From an uncultured delta proteobacterium (GTDB taxonomy: Bacteria > Desulfobacterota > RBG-13-43-22): a DNA stretch of 64,000 bases. Positions 40,921-50,346 of this stretch are shown here, one piece after another. Within the stretch, counting starts at the first letter, position 1, and each line of letters opens with the position of its first letter. The position numbers and the translations under genes were made by a program. The stretch spans positions 32,001 to 96,000 of the forward strand of contig CAVUPH010000012.1 in the NCBI GenBank assembly GCA_963743305.1, read 5' to 3'. The notes under the pieces are model-generated. The model was not told the origin of the DNA. It saw nothing but the letters and a program-made list of their open reading frames with translations, and searched no databases.

Positions 40921-40936
40921 AGCAAATCACGTGCCA
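40921..40936 (-). promoter_or_regulatory. Sigma54 (-24/-12) promoter for usp-Na/Pi
   Basis: Minus strand reads TGGCACGTGATTTGCT, matching the consensus TGGCACG-N4-TTGCW. Confidence 0.78.
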
Positions 40937-41243
40937 TCTAGCGACTCTTGGATCTAAAATAGTTAATATAATGAATTTAAATGGTTACTATAGGTTCCCC
41001 TCGATAGTTTTTTCGTGTTCCTTGAATTTATTGAAATTCCTGACAGAGGTGTAACCTGACCAAGGGATATGTGCCCTGACAACCGGCCCATTCATCCTCC
41101 CCTTGGCTAGGGCGAACCGGATGACGATCCCTGGAAAGCCTATCATCATTTGATTGACCCTGAAACATGAATTTGGTAAACCAGATACATTTAGCCGGAG
41201 ACAACCGGTTGGATTACCTGATTCCGACGCTGGAGAAAGCAAG

Positions 41244-43118
41244 ATGTTCGAAGAAAAATGGGTATCGGCCGATGAGGCCTTGAGCCGGATAAAAAAGGGG
41301 AGCCGGGTCTTTATCAGCTCCGGCTGCGGGGAACCCCAATACTTGGTGGAACGGCTGGTCAAACAGGCCGAGCGTTTCTTTGACGTCGAGATTATTCATG
41401 TCCTGAGCATTCGGGATCCCGGTTACTCTTCCACCGGGTTGAGCCACCACTTCCGGGTCCGGACTTTCTTCGTGGCCGGCCGCGGGGCCCGGGAGGCGGT
41501 CTGGGAAGGACGGGCGGAATACATCCCTATTTTCATTTCCGACATCCCCCGACTGTTCAACGACCGGCGCCTGGAGATCGACACCGCTTTAATCCAGGTT
41601 TCCCCGCCGGACAAAAACGGTTATATGAGCCTCGGAATTGCCGTGGACGTGGCCAAGGAAGCGGTGGAGGCCGCCGGAACGGTCATCGCCCAGGTCAACC
41701 CGGCCATGCCGACCACCCTGGGCGGCGGCTTCATCCACATTCGCGATGTCGATTTCCTGGTCGACAAGGAGGAGCCTCTGCTCGAGGTGGGGAGACCCCC
41801 GTTGAGCGAAACCGATTGGGCCATCGGTCGCAACGTGGCCCGCCTGGTGGAAAACGGGTCCACCCTGCATGCCGGTCTGGGGCATCTCCCGGCCACGGCC
41901 CTGCTGTCCCTGAAGGACAAAAAAGATTTGGGCATCCATACCGACATGCTTACCGAGGCCTACTTGGAATTAATCCGTTCCGGGGCCGTCACCAACGAGA
42001 AGAAAGAGATCAACCGCAAAAAGGCCATCGCCTCCTACTGCCTCGGCGGCCGCGAGCTGTTCGATTTCGTGCACCTGAATCCCTTTGTGGAATTCCATCC
42101 GGTGGCTTACACCAATGACCCCAATGTCATCAGCCAGCACGATTCGATGGTTTCCATCCATGAGGCCCTGGAGGTTGATTTTTCCGGGCTGGTCTGCACC
42201 TCCAGTGGCCGGAACCGGATTTATAGCGGCATCGGCGGCCTGGTCGATTTCATGCGTGGCACCTCACGGGCCCGGAAGGGAAAGTTTATCATTGTCTTGC
42301 ACTCCCTGACCCGGGACGGCCAAGCCTCCTGCATCGTCCCCGGCATCCCCCCCGGTTCGGGGCTGATAGCCAGTCGCGCGGCCGTTCAGTACGTGGTGAC
42401 CGAGTTCGGGTGGACGAATTTACACGGCAAGTCCCTTCGGGATCGGACTATTGCCCTGTTAGAGATCTCCCACCCCAAGTTCCGCCAGGAGTTATTGAAC
42501 CGGGCCCAGTTGGATGGACTGCTGGCCCATGGTGAACCGATCACCTTCTCCACCGCCGGTATCTACCCGACGGAAATGGAAAAAAAATTCACCCGTCGCG
42601 ATCAGTCCTTACTGTTGCGGCCGGCCAAACCCACCGATCTCCGCTCCATCCAGGAATTTTTTTACGGGCTCAGCGATCAGGACATCTACTACCGGTTTCT
42701 CCGTTCCAAGCACACCTTTCCCCGGGAAGAAATGGCCGCCATCGTGGATATCGACTACCATAACCGGATGACCCTCCTGGTCCTCTCCGGCGACCCGGCC
42801 TTTGAGAAAATCGTGGCGCTCGGGCGATATATCGCCGAATCCGCCCAGGGGTTAGCCGAAATCGATATCGCCGTGAGCCCGGATTACCGCCGTCTGGGCC
42901 TCGGGCAGGCGGTGCTGGAAGTTCTTTTCGAAACCGCCAGAAACAAAGGCTTCCAGGGGATCAAGGCCCTGGTGGATTACGACAATCCCAGGATGATCAT
43001 GCTACTCAAGAAAATGGGCTATAACATGCGGGCCACCCTGGATCACGGGGTTTACGGAATCGAAATTCTGTTTGAGGAAAGCTCCGCGGAGCCCTCCTTC
43101 GTGGTTACTTATGCCTGA
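41244..43118 (+). CDS. Acetyl-CoA hydrolase/transferase-family domain fused to a C-terminal GNAT domain
   Basis: GCGEPQ, QVSPPDKNGYMSLG and VVTEFG, then LLRPAKPTD...YYRF...DYHNRM. Confidence 0.88.
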   Translation: MFEEKWVSADEALSRIKKGSRVFISSGCGEPQYLVERLVKQAERFFDVEIIHVLSIRDPGYSSTGLSHHFRVRTFFVAGRGAREAVWEGRAEYIPIFISDIPRLFNDRRLEIDTALIQVSPPDKNGYMSLGIAVDVAKEAVEAAGTVIAQVNPAMPTTLGGGFIHIRDVDFLVDKEEPLLEVGRPPLSETDWAIGRNVARLVENGSTLHAGLGHLPATALLSLKDKKDLGIHTDMLTEAYLELIRSGAVTNEKKEINRKKAIASYCLGGRELFDFVHLNPFVEFHPVAYTNDPNVISQHDSMVSIHEALEVDFSGLVCTSSGRNRIYSGIGGLVDFMRGTSRARKGKFIIVLHSLTRDGQASCIVPGIPPGSGLIASRAAVQYVVTEFGWTNLHGKSLRDRTIALLEISHPKFRQELLNRAQLDGLLAHGEPITFSTAGIYPTEMEKKFTRRDQSLLLRPAKPTDLRSIQEFFYGLSDQDIYYRFLRSKHTFPREEMAAIVDIDYHNRMTLLVLSGDPAFEKIVALGRYIAESAQGLAEIDIAVSPDYRRLGLGQAVLEVLFETARNKGFQGIKALVDYDNPRMIMLLKKMGYNMRATLDHGVYGIEILFEESSAEPSFVVTYA

Positions 43119-43184
43119 TCCCCGGCACCCCTGCCCCGCTCCAGAATTTCCGCACCATATTATTCTGCCGGAAGCGAATACGCT

Positions 43185-44351
43185 TTGGTCCGCACCAGCC
43201 TTTACCTCTTTCTAATCGTTTTTCTAACCGGCTACGGTTTGGTTAACGCCTATATTTTCATCCGGGGCTGGCCGGCCACGGCCTGGATGCGGCGTTTTTG
43301 GCGAAAGGCCGTCCTGCTGCTCTTCGGGCTGTCCGTCCTCTCCTATCCCCTGGGCCGTTTTATAAGCAGGCGGGTGCCTCTACCGGGAGAAGACGGGCTG
43401 GTCCTGATGGGATCTTTTTATCTGGCCGTCATGATTTACCTGTTTTTGGGTTTGCTATTTCTGGACATCCTCCGTCTAATCCGCTATTTGACCCCAACAG
43501 TCCTGAAAAGACACTTTCGGCCCTGCGAGATAGCCCCCCGAACAAAATTTCTGCTGATGATCGGCATCGTACTGATCACGGTATCCCTGGGACACTGGAA
43601 TGCCTTACACCCTCGGATTCGAAACCTGGAGATAACTCTCCCTCAAACCACCGGTCCCAGGAAACAATTGAGCGTGGTCATGGCCTCGGACCTGCACCTG
43701 GGGCGGATCATTCGCAACTCCCGCCTGGAAAAAATCGTCGGGCTGATTAACGAATTGAAACCGGACCTGGTCCTGCTGGCCGGAGACCTGACCGATGAGG
43801 ACATTTCTTTTCTCTCGGACCAGAACACGGCCGCTATCCTGCAGCGGATCCAGGCCCCTTTAGGCGTCTATTCGGTTACCGGGAATCACGAATACTATGG
43901 TGGAATAAAAAAAGCCGTGGCCCTTTTAAAACAGGGAAAGGTGCGGGTCTTGGAAGACCGGACCGCCCGGATCGGCGACTGCCTTTACCTGGTCGGGCGA
44001 AAAGACCGGACGGCGGAACGGTTTGGAGAGCCAAGAAAACCGTTGGGGGAACTGATGCAGGAGGTGCCTTCCGGCTACCCCGTTATCCTGATGGACCACC
44101 AGCCCTTTCAGTTGGCGGAGGCCCAGCGGCAGGGCGTTGGGTTGCAGTTATCCGGGCATACCCATAACGGGCAGCTTTTCCCGATCAATTACCTTGTGGG
44201 ACGGATTTTTGAAAATCCCTGGGGCTACCTCAAAAAAGGGAATACCCACTATTACGTTTCCTGCGGGGTGGGCACTTGGGGTCCGCCGGTGCGCACCTGC
44301 AGTATCCCCGAAATTATTCATATCCGCTTGACCCTTCAATCGGGTTATTAA
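43185..44351 (+). CDS. Membrane-anchored metallophosphoesterase (YkuE-like)
   Basis: SDLHLG, AGDLTD, GNHE and SGHTHNGQ. Confidence 0.92.
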   Translation: MVRTSLYLFLIVFLTGYGLVNAYIFIRGWPATAWMRRFWRKAVLLLFGLSVLSYPLGRFISRRVPLPGEDGLVLMGSFYLAVMIYLFLGLLFLDILRLIRYLTPTVLKRHFRPCEIAPRTKFLLMIGIVLITVSLGHWNALHPRIRNLEITLPQTTGPRKQLSVVMASDLHLGRIIRNSRLEKIVGLINELKPDLVLLAGDLTDEDISFLSDQNTAAILQRIQAPLGVYSVTGNHEYYGGIKKAVALLKQGKVRVLEDRTARIGDCLYLVGRKDRTAERFGEPRKPLGELMQEVPSGYPVILMDHQPFQLAEAQRQGVGLQLSGHTHNGQLFPINYLVGRIFENPWGYLKKGNTHYYVSCGVGTWGPPVRTCSIPEIIHIRLTLQSGY

Positions 44352-44361
44352 AAATTCCGCC

Positions 44362-44478
44362 GCTTCGCCTTTTTGAGTGCGTCCCCCCCAGATCTGGTAT
44401 GGCCGTGGGGTCTCGGCGAAAGGTCTTGCCAAAGGTTCCAAAAGTACTCCGGACATCGAATCCGGGCCTAACTTACTA
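44362..44478 (+). repeat. Composite repeat: family A copy 3 (44362-44404) and family B copy 2 (44448-44478)
   Basis: ccccagatctggtatggcc is identical to 27726-27744; tccggacatcgaatccgggcctaacttacta matches 38434. Confidence 0.7.
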
Positions 44479-44507
44479 ATTTTATTTAAAGCAGGCCCAT
44501 ACTCCGA

Positions 44508-45416
44508 TTAAGCAGAAACCACGGCTTTGGAGAGTTTGATCGGGTTCAGACGGATGATTAAACCCTCCAGGCTAATCCGGTCTAGGTGGGGAACGGTCCG
44601 GTGAAAAGAGAATAGGTAGGCGCCCTCCACCAGCTCCGGTTTGAGGAAGGGGAGGCAGTGTTGACGAAAATCTTCATAGGCCAGGGTATTCATCAGGTCA
44701 AAGCATTTCAAGGTTTCGGGATATGGTCTTTTCGATTTCCGCCCCTGGCAGTCAAAATCCCGGGGAAGAACGCGATCCAGTAAAGGAAGGAGGTCCACTT
44801 GGTCCTTATCCACTGTTCCCAGAAGCCTGATAAAATTGACCGGGATGAATCTTTTTCTGTTGGGAAGCTTATAAAACATGCGTCCTTCCGGATCGATTTT
44901 TATTTCCTTGTAATTGGTCCCCAGGTTCCAATTCGAAGAACGCACATTATGATTGATGGCCAAATCCTGGAGCCCGAGACGCCAGTTTTTTAGGTTATAA
45001 AGGCTGGCCTGATCCGCTGAATTGGTTAGAGTTGGGGGATAGCAGGGTTCAATCAAAAAGCGAAAGTAGTTCTGGGAAAGTGACTGGTTGAGCCGGGTTA
45101 ACTCCTGGATTTCCCGATTCAGCTTGCGGGCGGTCTTCAGCCAACCTTCTCCCAGTCGCCTGACGTATAATTCCTTAAAGTGCTGGAGGGACGCGGGGTT
45201 TCGATCATGATCCAGTTTTTCAAAGGCCAGGTTGATCTCGGCCACTTTTCTGTTTCTCAGCGTTTTTAAGGGTTCGTTTCCCAAAGGCGCTCGGTCGGGA
45301 TGATAAATCATCATCAAGGCCCGGTAAGAAGACCGGATCAGGGCAAACAGGTCCTTTCCTTCCAGCGTTCGGACGATTTCCGGAGAAAGCCCTAATAATT
45401 CAAAAGGGTTTTTCAT
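44508..45416 (-). CDS. Atypical J-domain protein
   Basis: NPFELLGL...YRALMMIYHPDR...EINLAFEKL, plus an unknown C-terminal domain. Confidence 0.75.
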   Translation of the reverse strand: MKNPFELLGLSPEIVRTLEGKDLFALIRSSYRALMMIYHPDRAPLGNEPLKTLRNRKVAEINLAFEKLDHDRNPASLQHFKELYVRRLGEGWLKTARKLNREIQELTRLNQSLSQNYFRFLIEPCYPPTLTNSADQASLYNLKNWRLGLQDLAINHNVRSSNWNLGTNYKEIKIDPEGRMFYKLPNRKRFIPVNFIRLLGTVDKDQVDLLPLLDRVLPRDFDCQGRKSKRPYPETLKCFDLMNTLAYEDFRQHCLPFLKPELVEGAYLFSFHRTVPHLDRISLEGLIIRLNPIKLSKAVVSA

Positions 45417-46795
45417 GACGTAAAGATCTTGCCGGGATTGAGGATGTGATTCGGATCAAAGAGGTCCTTGATTTTTTTCATCAGGGCCAGGGGCAGCGGA
45501 TCGATTTCCCAGGATAGGTAGGACGCTTTAGCCAGACCGATTCCATGCTCCCCCGAAAGGGTGCCTCCCAGTTCGATAACGGTCCTGAATATATCTTCAA
45601 CAGCCAGGTGGGCTTTGTCCTCTTGGTTGGATATTTTTTTATCAAACATGACATTCACATGAATATTGCCGTCACCGGCGTGCCCGAAACAGACCACCAA
45701 GAGGTCGAATCGGCGCCCGATTTCCTGAAACCTGCGGATGGCTTCAGGAATATGCGCCCGGGGCACCACGATGTCTTCATTGATCTTATTGGGACGGATG
45801 CGAAAAAGGGCGGGGGAGATGGATCGCCGGGCCTTCCAGAGATCTTCCGCCTCCTGAGGTGACGAAGCGGTCCGGATCCCTACGCCTCCCAGTTGTTCGC
45901 AGGCCTGGACCACCCGGCGGCTCTGACGATTCACCAGGTCCCGGTCTCCATCAACCTCGATCAGCAGGGCGGCTTCCGCCTCCCGGGGGAAATCCAGTTC
46001 TAAAAACTGGTCCACCGCCTGAAGGGAGGGTTGATCCATGAATTCCAAGCTGGAGGGGACGATGCCGGCCTGTAATATTTCCACCACCGCCCGGGTGGCT
46101 AAATCCAACCGGTCAAAAAAAACCAATACCGGCTGACGGGTTTCGGGTTTAGGCAGCAGCTTCACCGTGAATTCAGTAAAAATCCCCAAGGTCCCTTCCG
46201 AGCCGACCAATAGGCGGGTCAGGTCATAACCCACCACCCCTTTGGCGGTTCGGGTACCGGTCTTCAGAATTTCACCGGTCGGCAGGACCACGGTCAAAGC
46301 CAGGATGTAATCTCGGGTCACCCCGTATTTCACCGCCCGGGCGCCTCCGGCACACTCGGCCACATTCCCTCCCAAAGTGGAAAAACGTAAGGAAGCCGGA
46401 TCGGGAGGATAGAAAAGGCCCACCGCTTCCACTGCGGATTGCAGGTCTCGGTTGACCACGCCCGGTTCAACCACGGCCAAGAAATTCTGGGTATCGATAT
46501 TTCTGATGCGGTTAAACCGGCTCATGACCAGAACCAGTCCCCCCTGAATCGGAACCGACCCGCCGCTCATCCCGGATCCGGCCCCTCGGGGGATCACCGG
46601 AAACCGGTATTCATTCGCTAATCTCAAAATAGCGCTGATTTCTTCAGCGCTCCCGGGAAAAGCCACGGCCTCGGGCATCGCCTGGAAGGCGGTGGCGTCG
46701 TAGGCATAGCACTTCAGTTCGGTTTCCTGATCGGTGATCTGCCCCGGACCAACGATTTCACGTAGGGACTGATAGGTTTCCTGGCTGAAAGGCAT
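45413..46795 (-). CDS. FAD-linked 2-hydroxyacid oxidase/dehydrogenase (GlcD-like)
   Basis: PRGAGSG, YPPDPAS, GSEGTLG, GHAGDGNIH and SGEHGIG. Confidence 0.92.
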   Translation of the reverse strand: MPFSQETYQSLREIVGPGQITDQETELKCYAYDATAFQAMPEAVAFPGSAEEISAILRLANEYRFPVIPRGAGSGMSGGSVPIQGGLVLVMSRFNRIRNIDTQNFLAVVEPGVVNRDLQSAVEAVGLFYPPDPASLRFSTLGGNVAECAGGARAVKYGVTRDYILALTVVLPTGEILKTGTRTAKGVVGYDLTRLLVGSEGTLGIFTEFTVKLLPKPETRQPVLVFFDRLDLATRAVVEILQAGIVPSSLEFMDQPSLQAVDQFLELDFPREAEAALLIEVDGDRDLVNRQSRRVVQACEQLGGVGIRTASSPQEAEDLWKARRSISPALFRIRPNKINEDIVVPRAHIPEAIRRFQEIGRRFDLLVVCFGHAGDGNIHVNVMFDKKISNQEDKAHLAVEDIFRTVIELGGTLSGEHGIGLAKASYLSWEIDPLPLALMKKIKDLFDPNHILNPGKIFTS

Positions 46796-46813
46796 GGAAT
46801 TTATAATACCGGC

Positions 46814-47740
46814 TTAATATCCAAATTCGGTTAGGGCGGCCGGGTTTGAATGTCGGACCTTCAGCGTTTGCCAATGATCGACCGGAACTCGCTCTAAATA
46901 CTCCCGGCGGCTCCCCACCCCGTATACCCATTCCTGGAACCATTCCCGGCTGCCCTCCTCGGTTCGGGTGGCCCGGGCATAGTCCAGATAGACCGGGTCA
47001 TCGTGGCCGTAATAGCCTTGAACCGCCGACGGGTGGGCGCCCCAAGGCTCTTCCACTACCCCTGAGACGGTAAACCCTGGAATGATAGTCCGGTTGGGAT
47101 CGCTGCGGATTACCTCCGGGTCAACGATCTCCTCCGTAATAATGAGCACCGCTTTGGCGGCTCTGGCCGCCGTGGCGCTGACGCCCATGTTCCCCCAGAG
47201 ATGGGCGTTTCCCTGGGGATCGGCTCGCTGGACATGAATAATGGCCAGGTCGGGCTCCATGGCCCGAACCAGCAGCAGCGGATCCCCGGTGAAAGGGCAG
47301 GGGCTCACCTTAAACGCCAGATTGTTCCGAATAATGTGGGAGCCCAGCAAGGTCCGGGCGGGGAGATAAGGAACCCCTAAGGCCGCGGCTTGCAATCCCA
47401 GGGCAATGGTAAAATTGGAGTGATTTTCCATCACCAGGGAGTGCGGCTTGCCCTGCTCCACGGCCCGGCGCAGATGATACCCGATTCCGGTACTGACATT
47501 GCCTACCCAAGCGGCCTGAATCCGGGTAACACAGCCTCCCCCGATCAATTGATCGAAGAGCATATCGGATATCGGTCCGATTAGGGTTAAGTCTCTGATG
47601 CCTTGACGGATTAATTCGTGCCCGGCGGCAAAAGGAATCAATCCCTCCAGGGAAGTGCCCAAGGCTATGGACATACCAGGTCTAACCAGTCTGGAAACGG
47701 CCTCGGGCATGGACATCAGCTTGGATTCAGTCAAATACAT
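46814..47740 (-). CDS. CoA-transferase subunit A (glutaconate CoA-transferase GctA-like)
   Basis: PFAAGHELIRQG, AALGVPYLP, IHVQRAD and PWGAHPS. The ORF-track N-terminal extension is spurious. Confidence 0.85.
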   Translation of the reverse strand: MYLTESKLMSMPEAVSRLVRPGMSIALGTSLEGLIPFAAGHELIRQGIRDLTLIGPISDMLFDQLIGGGCVTRIQAAWVGNVSTGIGYHLRRAVEQGKPHSLVMENHSNFTIALGLQAAALGVPYLPARTLLGSHIIRNNLAFKVSPCPFTGDPLLLVRAMEPDLAIIHVQRADPQGNAHLWGNMGVSATAARAAKAVLIITEEIVDPEVIRSDPNRTIIPGFTVSGVVEEPWGAHPSAVQGYYGHDDPVYLDYARATRTEEGSREWFQEWVYGVGSRREYLERVPVDHWQTLKVRHSNPAALTEFGY

Positions 47741-47792
47741 AAGTAAATTAATGTAACATTTGTATTTTAAAAAGAAAAGAGGTAAAAAGATA

Positions 47793-47821
47793 TTGACAAA
47801 AGACTCATTTTTTTTGATAGT
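47793..47821 (+). promoter_or_regulatory. Putative sigma70 promoter for the thiolase operon
   Basis: TTGACA-N17-GATAGT in an AT-rich divergent intergenic region. Confidence 0.45.
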
Positions 47822-47915
47822 TACAAGTTTAACGGACTTACCGGTTGCGAGGTTATCAAGATTGTAAGCCGCCGGAGGGGGATAAACCCCTTTCCGGTCA
47901 AAAAAGGAGGAAGGT

Positions 47916-49100
47916 ATGCGGGAAGTCGTCATAGTCAGTGGTACCCGGACCCCCATCGGGCGGTTCGGTGGCACACTAAAGGATGTCAGCGACATGGACA
48001 TAGGCGCTTTGGTCATTCGAGAGGCCCTCAAGCGGGCCGGGATATCCGGGGATCAGGTGGATGAGGTAATCTTCGCTTCCGGTTATCGGACCGGCGATCT
48101 GCCCATCAATTCAGCCCGAGTGGTGGCTGTCAAGGGCGGGATTCCCATCGAAAAACCCCAGTTTACCATAACCAAGGCCTGCGGTGGAAGCCTGAGGGCC
48201 GTATCTCTGGCCGCCCAGATCATCAAGAGCGGGGATGCGGATGTTATCGTGGCCGGCGGCATGGAGGTTATGAGTCGGGCGGCCTATCTGTTGAAAAATG
48301 CCCGCTGGGGATATCGTCTGGGTCATGGACAACTAATGGACCAATTAATCCTCTTTGACCCCCTGTCCGGAAATACCATGGGAGAAACCGCGGAAAACGT
48401 GGCCGTCAAATATCAGGTGACCCGCCAGGAGCAGGATGAGCTGGCCTTGATCAGCCAGCAGCGGGCCGAAGCCGCTATCAAGAACGGGAAATTCAAAGAA
48501 GAAATAGTTCCGGTGGAAATCCCCCAGAAGAAAAAACCTCCCCTGGTCTTTGATACCGACGAGCACCCCCGGTTGGGAACCACCATGGAGGCCCTGGTCA
48601 AGCTGCAGCCGGCCTTTAAGAAAGACGGCACGGTAACGGCCGGTAATTCCAGCGGGATGAACGACGGGGGTTCCGCCTTGATCGTCATGGCCAGGGAAAA
48701 AGCCGAGGCCTTGGGATTAAAACCTTTAGCCACCATCGTCTCTTACGCCTCAGCCGGTGTCGAACCTTCTCTGATGGGCATCGGTCCTATCCCGGCCACT
48801 CGAATGGCCCTGGAAAAAGCCGGGTTGACTGTTAATGACCTGGATTTGATTGAGCTCAACGAGGCCTTTGCCTCTCAGGCGGTAGTCTGCATCAAAGAAT
48901 TGGGTATGCATCTGGATAAGGTCAATGTGAACGGCGGGGCCATTGCCCTGGGGCATCCGATTTCCGCCTCGGGCGGGTGTCTGCTGGTTAAACTGCTTTA
49001 TGAGATGGGTCGGCGAAAAGCCCGCTACGGCCTGACTACCATGTGCATCGGCGGCGGCCAGGGAATTGCCCTGATTGTTGAACGAAAGTCCGACCTCTAA
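47916..49100 (+). CDS. Acetyl-CoA C-acyltransferase (thiolase)
   Basis: KACGGS, NEAF, GHPISASG and CIGGGQG. Confidence 0.95.
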   Translation: MREVVIVSGTRTPIGRFGGTLKDVSDMDIGALVIREALKRAGISGDQVDEVIFASGYRTGDLPINSARVVAVKGGIPIEKPQFTITKACGGSLRAVSLAAQIIKSGDADVIVAGGMEVMSRAAYLLKNARWGYRLGHGQLMDQLILFDPLSGNTMGETAENVAVKYQVTRQEQDELALISQQRAEAAIKNGKFKEEIVPVEIPQKKKPPLVFDTDEHPRLGTTMEALVKLQPAFKKDGTVTAGNSSGMNDGGSALIVMAREKAEALGLKPLATIVSYASAGVEPSLMGIGPIPATRMALEKAGLTVNDLDLIELNEAFASQAVVCIKELGMHLDKVNVNGGAIALGHPISASGGCLLVKLLYEMGRRKARYGLTTMCIGGGQGIALIVERKSDL

Positions 49101-49147
49101 TCGCTTTGGTGCTTCGAATTTTGGACTAATAATGTAAGAATTCACTC

Positions 49148-50303
49148 ATGTTCCTTCATCTCAGCCCGGAACAACGGGCGCTGCAAAGACAGGTCCAGGC
49201 CTTGGTGGCGGAACGAATCGCCCCGTGGGCGGCGGAAATTGACGCCCGGGACGAGTTCCCTCAGGAAAGCTATCTGGCCTTCAAGGAGACCGGTTTGCTC
49301 AAGCTGTCCCTTCCCAGGGAGTACGGCGGGATAGCGGCGGATGCCACCACCCTCTGCCTGGTGATTGAGGAGATCTCCAAGGTCTCCCCGGCCTCGGCCT
49401 TGTTGGTTTTTCCCACCCAGGCCGTGATCCGAACCATCCGGGAAGTGGGCACGGAGGAGCAAAAGCAACGTTTCTTTTCCGCCATGTCGGCTGGGGACAA
49501 ACTGGCCGCCTTCTGTCTGACCGAGCCCAACTACGGCTCTGATGCCGGATCCCTGCAAACCCGGGCGAACTTGGAAGGTGATTACTATCTGGTGAACGGG
49601 TCCAAGACCTATATCACCCAAGGCCCACACGCTCATTTCTACCTGGTTTTTGTCCGAACCGGGCCCGGGAAAAGGACGGCCGGAATCAGCGGGCTTATTA
49701 TCCCGCGTGATACCCCGGGATTATCCTTCGGAAGGAAAGAGCGCAAAATGGGGTTGGGGGGATCGGTCACGGCCGAGATGATCTCTTAAAGATGTCCGGG
49801 TGCCCAAAGATAATCTGCTCCTCTCCGAGGGGCAGGGATGGACTATCCTTTCGCGGCACTCCAACCCCATGAGGGTCTGGGGGGCCGCTTCCATGGCCCT
49901 GGGAATCGCCGAAGGAGCTTACGAAGCCGCTCTGGAATTTGCCAAAAAAAGGGTCCAATTCCGACGAAAAATAGCGGCCTTCCAAAGCATCCGCTTCATG
50001 CTGGCCGACATGAAAATGTCCATCGAGGCCACCAAATCCCTGATCTACCGGACCGCGGACCTGATCGATTCCGGTGAAGGCACTTTCCGGGACATAGAAA
50101 CCCTCGTATCCATGTCCAAGTGCTATGCCTCGGACATGGCCATGAAGGTAACCATCGATGCCGTTCAAATCTTCGGCGGGGCCGGGGTTCTCAAAGGCTG
50201 CCCGGTGGAGCGGATGATGCGGGACGCCAAGGCGATTCAGATCTTCGATGGCAGCAACCAGATTCAACGGATGATCGTTTCGAAAAATATTATTTTAGAT
50301 TAA
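49148..50303 (+). CDS. Acyl-CoA dehydrogenase, one +1 frameshift at about 49785
   Basis: FCLTEPNYGSD, GSKTYIT, RVQF and QIFGGAG..ERMMRDAK. Confidence 0.9.
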
Positions 50304-50346
50304 TGCACGGGGTTATCAATCCCGTCAATACCCGAGGAGGAATGCC

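Noticed and set aside
19943-43118. Other UGA stops as Sec codons (TIGR04076, MOSC, second YkgJ, GNAT fusion)
   Set aside because: Each falls at a natural C-terminus, some overlap the next start, and none aligns with a conserved Cys.
47741-48031. N-terminal extensions in the ORF track (CoA-transferase; also cdaA, livM, livG, 53597 and 41154 starts)
   Set aside because: They overlap neighbouring genes or promoters; downstream starts fit the RBS and family boundaries better.
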